This document shows, piece after piece, positions 10,557-19,740 of a DNA stretch of 64,000 bases (the first letter of the stretch is position 1; every line of letters begins with the position of its first letter). A model generated the notes under the pieces. That model saw nothing but the letters and a program-made list of their open reading frames with translations, was not told where the DNA came from and searched no databases. The translations under genes and the position numbers were made by a program. The DNA is from an uncultured delta proteobacterium (GTDB lineage Bacteria; Desulfobacterota; Syntrophia; Syntrophales; UBA5619), in NCBI GenBank assembly GCA_963817385.1, contig CAWFOM010000006.1, positions 160,001 through 224,000 on the forward strand, in the 5' to 3' direction.

Positions 10557-11795
10557 ATGTCCGTGCACCAGATAGAAAAAATCGAAGCTCGGGAGATCCT
10601 GAGCGCCGTGGGCCGTCCCACCATTCAGGTAACCGTGACGACAAAAAGCGGTAAAAGCGCGACCTCCTCGGTGCCCAGCGGCACTTCTAAGGGGAAATAT
10701 GAGGCAAAAGAGATTGTCGACGGCGGGACGCGTTTTCGAGGATTGGGCGTCCGGAAAGCGGTGGAAAATGTAAATACCGCGATCGCCCGAGCCCTTACCG
10801 GCATCGAGGTCACCAGGCAAAGAGAAATCGACAACACCATGTTGGATCTGGATGGTACCGAAGACAAGAGGAATCTGGGGGGAAACGCCATTCTGGCGGT
10901 CTCTCTGGCGGTGGCGCGTGCAGGGGCCGGTTGTGTCGGGCTCCCGCTGTACAGGTACATCGGCGGGTTGGGCGCGAACCGTCTGCCCATGCCGCTTGCG
11001 ACTATCATATCGGGTGGCAGGCATTCGGCCTCCAAGCTGGCTTTTGAGGACTACATGCTGGTTTTCAGCGGTTTTACCGTTTTTTCTCAAGCCGTGGAAG
11101 CTTTGATGGAAGTCAGATATTACCTCGAAAAAAGCCTTAAAAAGCGGTTTGACTACCTTTCGGAAAAGGGAGGGGCCTTTGCGCCGCCGATCGAAAACGA
11201 TGAGGAAGCCCTGGAACTTATACTGGAATCCATTGAGAAAACCGGTTATTCACACAGAATCTCATTGGGTCTGGACGTAGTGGGCAGCGACCTGTACGAT
11301 TCCGAAAACACCTGTTACCGCTTACACGGGAAGAGTGTGTCGGCCGAAGAGTTATTGGTCTATTTTATCACCTTGACCAAAACCTATCCAATCACCCTGA
11401 TTGAAGATCCTTTTCATGAGGATGATTTTGAAAACTTCGCGAAACTCGCAGCCGTCCTGCCCAAAACCCTGATTGTAGGAGACGATCTTTTCACGACAAA
11501 CCCGGAGAGAATCCGGAAGGGTGTTGAACTGAAAGCGGGTAACGCACTGCTTTTGAAAGTAAACCAGATTGGAACGCTCACCGAGTCGGTGGAGGCCGGT
11601 CTTCTGGCCCGGAAAAACAGCTACGAGGTAATCGTTTCGGTGCGCTCCGGTGATACTGTCGATGATTTCATCACCGATCTGGCAGTGGGAATCGGGGCGG
11701 GTTACATCAAGCTTGGTTCACCGGTACGCGGCGAACGGAGTGCAAAATACAACCGCCTCCTGGAAATTGAACTGGAAACGGCAAGTGTGAGATAG
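10557..11795 (+). CDS. Enolase-like protein with atypical catalytic residues
   Basis: 'AREILSAVGRPTI', 'LGGNAILAVSLA', 'IEDPF', 'VGDDLFTTN', 'LLKVNQIGTLTE', 'ERSAKYNRLLEIE'. Confidence 0.85.
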   Translation: MSVHQIEKIEAREILSAVGRPTIQVTVTTKSGKSATSSVPSGTSKGKYEAKEIVDGGTRFRGLGVRKAVENVNTAIARALTGIEVTRQREIDNTMLDLDGTEDKRNLGGNAILAVSLAVARAGAGCVGLPLYRYIGGLGANRLPMPLATIISGGRHSASKLAFEDYMLVFSGFTVFSQAVEALMEVRYYLEKSLKKRFDYLSEKGGAFAPPIENDEEALELILESIEKTGYSHRISLGLDVVGSDLYDSENTCYRLHGKSVSAEELLVYFITLTKTYPITLIEDPFHEDDFENFAKLAAVLPKTLIVGDDLFTTNPERIRKGVELKAGNALLLKVNQIGTLTESVEAGLLARKNSYEVIVSVRSGDTVDDFITDLAVGIGAGYIKLGSPVRGERSAKYNRLLEIELETASVR

Positions 11796-11871
11796 GCCGA
11801 TAAGGGGCGACGAGCGGCAGATACCTTGAAAATTCCCCTCGCCCGAAATTCCCGCGTCCCTGGAGGCGCCC

Positions 11872-11899
11872 AACGGGGACGAGGCGCACACCTGAGGGG
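11872..11899 (+). repeat. Direct repeat, copy 2 of the polA 3' end
   Basis: AACGGGGACGAGGCGCACACCTGAGGGG. Confidence 0.85.
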
Positions 11900-11955
11900 G
11901 GAGGGGTGTTTAACCGGTCCGAATGGGGTTTCAAACGGTATCCGCAAAATAAAGG

Positions 11956-12033
11956 TTGCCGTCGGGCGGGCAATGGTGTATGAGAGCCACCGACATGTGA
12001 ACCACGGGGATCACCCCCTGTGGTTTTTTATTT
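11956..12033 (+). promoter_or_regulatory. Putative promoter, start-stop uORF and intrinsic terminator in the ABC-F leader
   Basis: TTGCCG-N17-TATGAG; ATGTGA at 11995-12000; hairpin ACCACGGGG-ATCACC-CCCTGTGGT followed by TTTTTATTT. Confidence 0.45.
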
Positions 12034-12074
12034 GTGCGGAAAATATATCCGGGAAATCGAAAAGGAATGGAAGC

Positions 12075-13655
12075 ATGATCAACGTATCCAACGTCACCCT
12101 TGCCTACGGCAGGAAGGTGCTGTTCAAAGAGGTCAATATCAAGTTCACGCCGGGGAACTGCTACGGCGTCATCGGCGCCAACGGTTCGGGGAAATCGACC
12201 TTCCTCAAAATCCTCTCCGGCGATGTGGAGCAGGACAAGGGCGAGGTCTCCATCGGCCCCCGGGAGAGGATCTCGGTGCTGAGCCAGGACCAGTTCGCCT
12301 TCGACGATGAGACCGTCATCGACACCGTCATCATGGGGCACAAACGGCTCTACGAGGTGAAGGCTGCGCGCGAGGCGATTTACGCCAAGCCCGAGTTTAC
12401 GGAAGAGGACGGGGTCCGCTCCGCGGAGCTCGAGGCGGAGTTCGCCGAGATGAACGGGTATGAGGCCGAGTCCGAGGCGGCAGTGCTCCTCAAAGGCCTC
12501 GGCATCCCCGAATCGCTCTGCGCCAGGAAGATGAAGGAGCTCGACGGGGGGAACAAGGTGCGCGTCCTTCTCGCCCGGGCCCTCTTCGGCAATCCGGATG
12601 TCCTCCTCCTCGACGAGCCGACGAACCACCTGGACCTCCGCTCCATCGCCTGGCTGGAGGATTTCCTCTGCCGGTTCCGCAACACCGTCATCGTCGTCTC
12701 CCATGACCGCCACTTCCTCAACCAGGTCTGCACCCACATCGCGGATATCGATTTCGGCCAGATCCGGGTGTACACGGGCAACTACGACTTCTGGTACCAG
12801 GCGAGCCAGCTCATCCTGAAACAGAAGCAGAACGAAAACCGCAAGGCCGCCGAAAAGGCGGAGGACCTCAAGGCCTTCATCCAGCGGTTCAGCGCCAACG
12901 CCTCCAAGTCGAAGCAGGCCACGTCCCGCAAGAAGCTCCTGGAGAAGCTGACCATCGAGGATATGCCGGTCTCCTCGCGGAAGTACCCGTTCATCCAGTT
13001 CAAGCCCGAGCGCCCCTGCGGAAACACGGTCCTGGAGATCACGGGCCTCGGCAAGGAGATCCAGGGGGTATCCGTGTTGAACAACCTGAACCTCACCGTG
13101 AGGAAGGGGGACAAGATCGCCTTTGTCGGCGGCGACGGCCTGGCCAAGACGACCCTCTTCCAGATCCTGGTCGGTGAGATGCAGCCGGACAGCGGCAGTT
13201 TCCGCTGGGGGCAGACGATCACCCACGCCTATTTCCCGAAGGAGAACAGCGCCTACTTCCGGGGCGATCTGAACCTGATCGACTGGCTCTGCCAGTTTCC
13301 CCCCTGCGACGGGGAGAGCTTCGCCCGGGGATTCCTCGGGAGGATGCTCTTCTCGGGGGACGAGGCGCTCAAGAAGACAAGTGTCCTGTCCGGAGGTGAG
13401 CAGGTCCGCTGCATGCTTTCCCGGATGATGCTCACCGGCGCCAACACCCTCATCCTGGACGAGCCGACGAACCACCTGGATCTCGAATCGCTCACCGCCC
13501 TGAACAACGGGCTCATCGCCTTTCCGGAGGTGCTGCTCCTGGCCTCCCGCGATCACGAGCTGGTGTCCACCGTGGCGAACCGGATCGTGGAGATTACCCC
13601 CGACGGGGTGATCGATCGGGTGATGGGATTTGAAGAGTACCTGGAAGCGGGTTGA
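12075..13655 (+). CDS. ABC-F family ATPase (YbiT/YkpA-like translation factor)
   Basis: Two ABC domains, no transmembrane segment: GANGSGKS, LLLDEPTNHLD, VSHDRHFLN, YTGNY linker, LSGGE, LILDEPTNHLD; RBS AAGGA before ATG 12075. Confidence 0.92.
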   Translation: MINVSNVTLAYGRKVLFKEVNIKFTPGNCYGVIGANGSGKSTFLKILSGDVEQDKGEVSIGPRERISVLSQDQFAFDDETVIDTVIMGHKRLYEVKAAREAIYAKPEFTEEDGVRSAELEAEFAEMNGYEAESEAAVLLKGLGIPESLCARKMKELDGGNKVRVLLARALFGNPDVLLLDEPTNHLDLRSIAWLEDFLCRFRNTVIVVSHDRHFLNQVCTHIADIDFGQIRVYTGNYDFWYQASQLILKQKQNENRKAAEKAEDLKAFIQRFSANASKSKQATSRKKLLEKLTIEDMPVSSRKYPFIQFKPERPCGNTVLEITGLGKEIQGVSVLNNLNLTVRKGDKIAFVGGDGLAKTTLFQILVGEMQPDSGSFRWGQTITHAYFPKENSAYFRGDLNLIDWLCQFPPCDGESFARGFLGRMLFSGDEALKKTSVLSGGEQVRCMLSRMMLTGANTLILDEPTNHLDLESLTALNNGLIAFPEVLLLASRDHELVSTVANRIVEITPDGVIDRVMGFEEYLEAG

Positions 13656-13658
13656 GCG
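13439..13658 (+). repeat. Direct repeat, copy 1: 3' 220 bp of the ABC-F gene
   Basis: Ungapped match to 22250-22469 with 16 substitutions (manual alignment). Confidence 0.95.
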
Positions 13659-13665
13659 ACGAGGC

Positions 13666-16600
13666 CTACGGCTGATTGTGAGGTTGCAGTCCATGAAATC
13701 GGGGCCGTATTCGAGCCCTTGCGGAGGTCTCGGCCGCGATGCTGTTCTGCACCAGCAGGAAAAAGTCGTGCTCCGGCAACGGTTTGCTGAAATAGTATCC
13801 CTGCATCTCGTCGCATCCGTGGGCGTGCAGGAAGCTTAACTGCTCCCCGGTCTCGGTCCCTTCGGCGATTACTTTGAGTTTTAGGCCATGTGCCATCGCG
13901 ATGATCGCCTGGGTGATTGCGGCATCATCGCCGTCCAGAGGCAGGTCCCTGATGAACGAGCGATCGATTTTCACGCTATCTATGGGGAAGCGCTTGAGAT
14001 AACTAAGCGACGAATAGCCGGTGCCGAAGTCATCAATCGAAATACTTATTCCGATAGCTTTCAGTTTGTTCAGCAGTTCTATCGCATGCTCCGGATCGTG
14101 CATTACCATGCTCTCAGTGATCTCGAGTTCCAAGAAAGTCGCATCCAGTCCGGTTTCGTTCAGCACCCTTAACACATCCTGCACCAGGTATTCGTTGGTG
14201 AACTGACGTGCCGACAGGTTCACCGCGATACACAGCGGCGGCAGCCCCTGTTCCTGCCAGGACTTGTTTCGGGCGCAGGCGGTCCTCAGCACCCATTCGC
14301 CGATCGGGACGATCAGACCGGTTTCCTCCGCCAACGGGATGAACTGCATGGGAGGGATCAGTCCTTTGGTTGGATGCTGCCAGCGCACCAGCGCCTCCAT
14401 GCCGATGATGTGTCCGCTGCGGATATCGACCTTGGGCTGGTAATGGAGCACGAACTCGTTGCGCTCCAGGGCGCGGCGCAGGTCGGATTCCAGCGCCAGG
14501 CGTTCCAGAGTATGGATGTTCATCTGCGACGAGTAGAACTGAAAGTTGTTCTTGCCCAGTTCCTTGGCGCGGTACATCGCGACGTCCGCATTCTTCAGCA
14601 GGCTCTGCAGGTCCTCGCTATCGGCAGGATACGTGCTGATGCCGATGCTTGCGGTGAGATGAAATTCCTGTGTGTCGAGGGCGAACGGCCTGGCGACGGC
14701 AGTGAGGATTTTTTGCGCCACCTCGGCGCAGTGCATCGACTGCGGCATTCCCTCGAGTAGCACCACGAACTCGTCCCCGCTAAGACGACCGACGGTATCG
14801 CTTTCGCGCAAGCATTCGTGCAGCCGTCCCGCGACTTCCTTGAGCACGCTATCTCCGGCTTCGTGGCCGAGCGTATCGTTGATATTCTTGAAGCGGTCGA
14901 GGTCGATGAACAGGACCGCCAATTGCGTGTCGTTCCGCCGCGCCTGGGCGATTGCGTGGCTGAGGCGCTGACTGAACATGCTGCGGTTGGCCAACCCGGT
15001 GAGCTCGTCATAATGCGCGAGATGACGGATGCGCTCCTCGGCCTGCTTGCGCGCGATGAACAGGCCGATCTGGCTGCCGATCGCGCGCGTGCTCTGCAAC
15101 AGCGCTTCGTCGGGCGGACGGCTGGTGAGGCTGAAAAACTCCATGACGCCGAGGGTGTCATTGCCGGACCGGATCGGAAACGCAAAAGCCCCGTGTAACC
15201 CCGCCTTCACCGCGAGTGGGGCGCGCCGGAATCTCGCGTCCTGAGTCACATCGTTAACCCATACGGGCTCGCCGCTGCTCCGCGCGCGTGTGAACAGTCC
15301 GCCCGACATGTGCAGTGGGTGCCTGTACTGGCGGTTGCTCTCCGCAAACTCCATGATTTCGGTGGACGGAACACTCCAGATCTCGGCACACGCCATCTCC
15401 TGCTCGTGCGCGTCCTCGATCCAGTAAGCACCGCAGGTGCAGCCGAAGGCTTCGCCGATGATTTGGATGATTTTTGACATGATTCCGCTCGATCGATCGG
15501 CTTCGGACAACAAACGGGTCACGGCGTGTTCCAGAGTCCGCCGCTGTTCTGCCTGTTTGCGCTCGGTGATATCGACGATGGTGCCGATCAATCCCGCAAT
15601 GCCGCCGTCGGCGCCGGTAAAGGTGGCCTTGTAGTAAATCGTGTTATGTAGTTCTCCGTCGGCGGTCGTGATGGTCGTCTCGGAGGACCTGGCCCCTGGG
15701 TGGTCCCACAGCGCCTGATCGTCCTCGTGCAGCCGCTGCGCGATTTCGGGGTTTCCGGGGTAAAGGTCGTGCACGGTCTTGCCCAGGAATGCCTGGCGCG
15801 GTATGCCGAAGAAGGTTTCCCATGCCTTATTGACTCCGAGATAGCGTCCGTCGGTAGCCTTGAAATAAATCGGGTTTGGCAGCACCTCGATCAGTTCCTG
15901 CGTCCTGCGCTGCTCTTCGGTGAGCCTGGCCTGGCTCTCGCGCAAATCGGTCGTCATTTGCGCGGCAAGCGTTTGCGCCCGCTGCCGTGAGCCGGCCAGT
16001 GAGTTGATCAAACCGACCAACAGCAGGCTTGCCATCAGCACCGCGGCCAGCGCGGCCCAGGGCAGCACATGATCGGCAGGGCGAAAAAAGTGCTCCTGCG
16101 GAGCGCTAAATTTCAGTCCCCAGCGGCGCTGGCCGACATCGATGGTGACAGAATCCTTAAAAACCGCGCCGGATTGAGGTGGGCGTGAAGAGGCGTTCGA
16201 GTACAGCTCCTGTGGCATTGGTTTCGGGTCGCTGTCAACGTAGCCCGCATCGGTGATAATCAAAGTGAACTTCTCGTAGCCTTCGCCGGACAGCATGCGC
16301 TGTACCAATTCGTCCACCACGAAGGTCACGTTTGCGAGGCCGATAAAAGCCTTACGGCGTTGCTCAACATCGGGCACAAATGCATCCTTGCGATACAGCG
16401 CCAGACGTATGACTACCCCGGTCTCGCTCTGGGTCGGGTCGATTGCCAGGATAAGGCGCCCCGACAGGGTCGGCATGCCCGTATCGCGTGCCCGCTCAAC
16501 CAGGGCCATACGTTTCTCGTCTGAAGCGAGGTCATAGCCCAATGCCGCTTTATTGACGTGTAGAGGTTCGATATACGTGATCACGGAGTATTCGGACCGC

Positions 16601-17064
16601 TCCCCGGCGGGCTTGATGACGACATTTCTGATGCCACGCCGGACGAGTTCGGGATCGAGGCGCAACTGCCTTTCAAATTCCGCTTTCGCGGAAGCCGGCA
16701 CGCGATGGGCGTAGGAAACCGAGCGGACACCGGGATAGCGCAAGGGCAGATTCAACGCATAAACGTAACGGTTGAAAGCGGCGTGGCTGACTACGGGCTC
16801 GGCCTGGAACAAACCTTGCAAACCGTACAGCAAAGTGGTGTAACTGCGTATGTGCGTCTGAGCGGTTGCTGCGACAGCACTCGTTGCGGACTGGAACTTG
16901 AAGCGTGCGTCGCGCTCGACCATGGCCCGAGTGAAAAACCACGCAGCGACGGACAACACAAGACCAATCGCCAGCACCATCCATGCTGCCCAGCGTCCGC
17001 TTGCCCATAGCAACCTGGGAAACGATAATAGCGATACGCGCGCTGCCTTTGTGTTGTTTGTCAT
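13666..17064 (-). CDS. Membrane diguanylate cyclase/phosphodiesterase (CHASE-PAS-GAF-GGDEF-EAL)
   Basis: Two transmembrane helices around a CHASE-like domain; PAS; GAF; 'DLDRFKNINDTLGH', 'RLSGDEF'; 'EALVRW', 'DDFGTGYSSL', 'QGYYFSKP'. Confidence 0.92.
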   Translation of the reverse strand: MTNNTKAARVSLLSFPRLLWASGRWAAWMVLAIGLVLSVAAWFFTRAMVERDARFKFQSATSAVAATAQTHIRSYTTLLYGLQGLFQAEPVVSHAAFNRYVYALNLPLRYPGVRSVSYAHRVPASAKAEFERQLRLDPELVRRGIRNVVIKPAGERSEYSVITYIEPLHVNKAALGYDLASDEKRMALVERARDTGMPTLSGRLILAIDPTQSETGVVIRLALYRKDAFVPDVEQRRKAFIGLANVTFVVDELVQRMLSGEGYEKFTLIITDAGYVDSDPKPMPQELYSNASSRPPQSGAVFKDSVTIDVGQRRWGLKFSAPQEHFFRPADHVLPWAALAAVLMASLLLVGLINSLAGSRQRAQTLAAQMTTDLRESQARLTEEQRRTQELIEVLPNPIYFKATDGRYLGVNKAWETFFGIPRQAFLGKTVHDLYPGNPEIAQRLHEDDQALWDHPGARSSETTITTADGELHNTIYYKATFTGADGGIAGLIGTIVDITERKQAEQRRTLEHAVTRLLSEADRSSGIMSKIIQIIGEAFGCTCGAYWIEDAHEQEMACAEIWSVPSTEIMEFAESNRQYRHPLHMSGGLFTRARSSGEPVWVNDVTQDARFRRAPLAVKAGLHGAFAFPIRSGNDTLGVMEFFSLTSRPPDEALLQSTRAIGSQIGLFIARKQAEERIRHLAHYDELTGLANRSMFSQRLSHAIAQARRNDTQLAVLFIDLDRFKNINDTLGHEAGDSVLKEVAGRLHECLRESDTVGRLSGDEFVVLLEGMPQSMHCAEVAQKILTAVARPFALDTQEFHLTASIGISTYPADSEDLQSLLKNADVAMYRAKELGKNNFQFYSSQMNIHTLERLALESDLRRALERNEFVLHYQPKVDIRSGHIIGMEALVRWQHPTKGLIPPMQFIPLAEETGLIVPIGEWVLRTACARNKSWQEQGLPPLCIAVNLSARQFTNEYLVQDVLRVLNETGLDATFLELEITESMVMHDPEHAIELLNKLKAIGISISIDDFGTGYSSLSYLKRFPIDSVKIDRSFIRDLPLDGDDAAITQAIIAMAHGLKLKVIAEGTETGEQLSFLHAHGCDEMQGYYFSKPLPEHDFFLLVQNSIAAETSARARIRPRFHGLQPHNQP

Positions 17065-17300
17065 TTGCCGGTCTCACAAAATAAAAAAAGACGAGAGCCA
17101 CCTGTGCCGTCTTGTCTTTTACCGGAGTCCATCATTTTACCGTTGGTCTATAAGGGTGACAATCACCATGATGACTCTGTTTTTTTTGCGATTACGTGCA
17201 GTAGATTAGACTCAATACGTACGTCGCAGCATCTCGTCTATTTAATATATCGGCATATTCCCTATAATACTTGAAAGGGATAAAACAATTGGCTGCCGGC

Positions 17301-19736
17301 TCAATAAAGCAGGTACTTTTCCCTCATCCCGAGGAAACGTTCGAGCGGCGCCTTCCACAGGAGCGCAACAGCCCGCGGATCCTCTCCGGCCTTGATTGCC
17401 GTAAGTACTTGCTGCGAGCCTATCAAGCTCCGTGTCCCGTCGATCTTGAAATCCCGGGGAAAGAGACGATGAAGCGCGCTGACGATCTCGATCCCGAGAA
17501 GCGCAGAGTCCAGCGTGCCGCGATCTTTCAAGAGGATCCGCGTGCCGCGGCAGGTGCGGCCCTTGTAGAGGGAACTCTCAGGGGTGAACTCGACGGGAAG
17601 AAACTCAACGCCGTCTATTTTCCGGAGATTGAGATAATCTGCAAGCTCCCGCCCGCGGACCCAGGGCGCGCCGAGGAGCTCGAAGGGGGTACTGGTCCCC
17701 CGGCCGACGCTCACATTCGCGCCCTCGACCATTGCGACCCCGGGATAAAGAACGGCTTGGGTGATGCTCCTCAGGTTGGGCGAAGGGTTTACCCACTTCA
17801 GTCCCGTCTCGTCGAACCAGGAATCCCTGCGGTATCCCTTCATCTTCACGACATGCAGTTCCGCCCCGATAGCGTACTCCCCGTTGAAAAGTCCCGCGAG
17901 CTCTCCTACGGTCATACCGTGGCGAACCGGCAGGGGAAAGTATCCGGTAAAGGACTTCATCTCGCTGTCCATCACCGGCCCCTGTACCCGGGCGGCGGTA
18001 AGGGGGTTGGGCCGATCAAGGACATAGAAAGGAATGCGCGTCCTGGCCGCGGCCTCCATCGCATACCCCATGGTGGTGATATAGGTGTAAAAGCGGACCC
18101 CCGCATCCTGAATATCAAAGACGATTGCGTCGAGCCCCGCGAACATCTCCGGCGTGGGCCGCCGGTGGTCTCCGTAAAGGCTGGTGACAGGAAGGCCCGT
18201 TGCCTGATCCCGATGCGAGGCAATCTTTGCGTCGGCATCTCCGTACAGGCCGTGCTCGGGGCTGAAGACCGCGGCGAGCCGTATCCCTTCGGCCTTGCGC
18301 AGCAGGTCGAGCGTGCGGGTCCCTTCGGAATCGAGGCCCGTGTGGTTCGTGATGAGCCCGATACGTTTTCCCTTCAAGAGGGAAAATCCCCCCTCTTTGA
18401 GGATATCGATACCCGTGGCAACTCTCTCGCCCAGGGCTCCCTGACTGCGATCGTTGACACGATCGGCGGGATCTCCCCGCCGGCGGGAGGTTCCGTGACC
18501 GATCTTTTCGAAGTAGCGGGAAAGCTCAGGTCTTTTGGCGAGGATCTGTGTCTCCGAGAGCGGTCCGAGGGCCCTGGAGACGGTCGCTCTGACCTGTGCC
18601 CTGAGCTCCTTCACGTTTCCTTTGCCGTCGGGATGGACCCGGTTGGTAAGCAAAATCACATAGATTCCCGTCACCGGATCAATCCAGAGCGAGGTTCCGG
18701 TGTACCCAAGATGTCCGAATGCGCCCGCCGGGGGAAGCTCGTCCCTGTTCGAGGCGAAGGGCGCTTCGATATCCCATCCCAGCCCATAGGCGTTCCGGAC
18801 TCCCGGAGACTGGGGGATGGTCATCATCTCGACAGCATGGGAGGAGAGAATCCTGGCGCCTCCGTATTCGCCTCCCGCGAGGAGCATGCGCGCGAAGATC
18901 GAGAGATCGGCGGCGCTGGAGAATAGGCCGGCATGCCCGGCGACCCCTCCCATCAGGTAACATTCGGGATCGTGCGCCTCTCCGCAGATAAGCTTGTTTT
19001 TCCGGTACTGCGTGGGTGCGATGCGGTCCCTGAGGCCGGCGGAAATCTTGAATCCCGTTTCCGTCATGCCGAGCGGCGTGAAGATGTACCGGCTACAGTA
19101 CTGATCGAGCGGCTCGCCCGATACGCGGCGTACGACCTCTCCCAAAGCCTCGAAATTGATATCGCTGTAGATGAAACCCGATCCCGGCGGACGCGCGGGC
19201 TTTTCCGCGATGATCTTCCTCATGGCGGCTTCGTATCCGGACCATCGAGGTTTCAGGCTCAGCCCGGCCCTGAGACCGGAATGATGGGTAAGGAGCTGGC
19301 GAACCGTGATCCGCTTCTTGCCGTTCTCTCCAAAGGCAGGCCAGTACTTCGCCACCGGAGCGTCAATATCCAGGTTTCCTTGCTCCGCCAGTTGCATGAC
19401 CGCGGTCGAGGTCGCAATCACCTTGGTAAGCGAGGCGAGATCGAAGATGGTGTCCTTGGTCATGGGTACCTTCTTCGGCTCGAGGGACCGGAAACCGAAG
19501 GCACGGGAGTAAATGATTTCCTCCCGGTTGCCGATCAGGACGACGGCGCCCGGGGTCTTGCCTTCCCTGATCGCGGTTTCCACGATAGAGTCGAGACCGG
19601 CAAGCTGTTCGCCCCGCAGGGAAGGGGAGGAGAGGGGTTTCTCAGCCGGCTGATAGGCCGCCCCGCACATGACGAGCGCAAGCACGGCCAGCACGGACAG
19701 GCGCACAGAATGGAGCGGCTTCGCAAGGCGCCGCAT
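17301..19736 (-). CDS. Secreted fusion: beta-lactamase-family serine hydrolase + DUF1343 (NamZ-like exo-beta-N-acetylmuramidase)
   Basis: 'FDLASLTK', 'LLTHHSGL', 'YSDINF', 'GHLGYTG'; then 'GLITNHTG', 'FSPEHG', 'FDIQDAGVRFYTY', 'DRPNP', 'PSPNL', 'GRGT'. Confidence 0.88.
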   Translation of the reverse strand: MRRLAKPLHSVRLSVLAVLALVMCGAAYQPAEKPLSSPSLRGEQLAGLDSIVETAIREGKTPGAVVLIGNREEIIYSRAFGFRSLEPKKVPMTKDTIFDLASLTKVIATSTAVMQLAEQGNLDIDAPVAKYWPAFGENGKKRITVRQLLTHHSGLRAGLSLKPRWSGYEAAMRKIIAEKPARPPGSGFIYSDINFEALGEVVRRVSGEPLDQYCSRYIFTPLGMTETGFKISAGLRDRIAPTQYRKNKLICGEAHDPECYLMGGVAGHAGLFSSAADLSIFARMLLAGGEYGGARILSSHAVEMMTIPQSPGVRNAYGLGWDIEAPFASNRDELPPAGAFGHLGYTGTSLWIDPVTGIYVILLTNRVHPDGKGNVKELRAQVRATVSRALGPLSETQILAKRPELSRYFEKIGHGTSRRRGDPADRVNDRSQGALGERVATGIDILKEGGFSLLKGKRIGLITNHTGLDSEGTRTLDLLRKAEGIRLAAVFSPEHGLYGDADAKIASHRDQATGLPVTSLYGDHRRPTPEMFAGLDAIVFDIQDAGVRFYTYITTMGYAMEAAARTRIPFYVLDRPNPLTAARVQGPVMDSEMKSFTGYFPLPVRHGMTVGELAGLFNGEYAIGAELHVVKMKGYRRDSWFDETGLKWVNPSPNLRSITQAVLYPGVAMVEGANVSVGRGTSTPFELLGAPWVRGRELADYLNLRKIDGVEFLPVEFTPESSLYKGRTCRGTRILLKDRGTLDSALLGIEIVSALHRLFPRDFKIDGTRSLIGSQQVLTAIKAGEDPRAVALLWKAPLERFLGMREKYLLY

Positions 19737-19740
19737 TGTC

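Larger units (their letters stand above)
5182..11871. mobile_element. Cargo island 1 bounded by the polA-end direct repeat (no integrase)
   Basis: Flanking 28-bp repeats; visibly more AT-rich coding sequence than the flanking core genes. Confidence 0.6.

Noticed and set aside
11826..12074. N-terminal extension of the ABC-F ORF
   Set aside because: Spans the polA repeat and a terminator; family-typical start with RBS is at 12075
11931..13694. Long antisense or alternate-frame ORFs (e.g. 11931-13694, 17271-18926, 25085-26563, 37533-39011, 51381-53603, 56709-58433)
   Set aside because: Shadow ORFs opposite recognisable genes in GC-rich DNA; no motifs of their own
17301..19736. Beta-lactam resistance gene
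   Set aside because: The SxxK domain is fused to DUF1343 in a glycan-processing operon, which fits an amidase or esterase better
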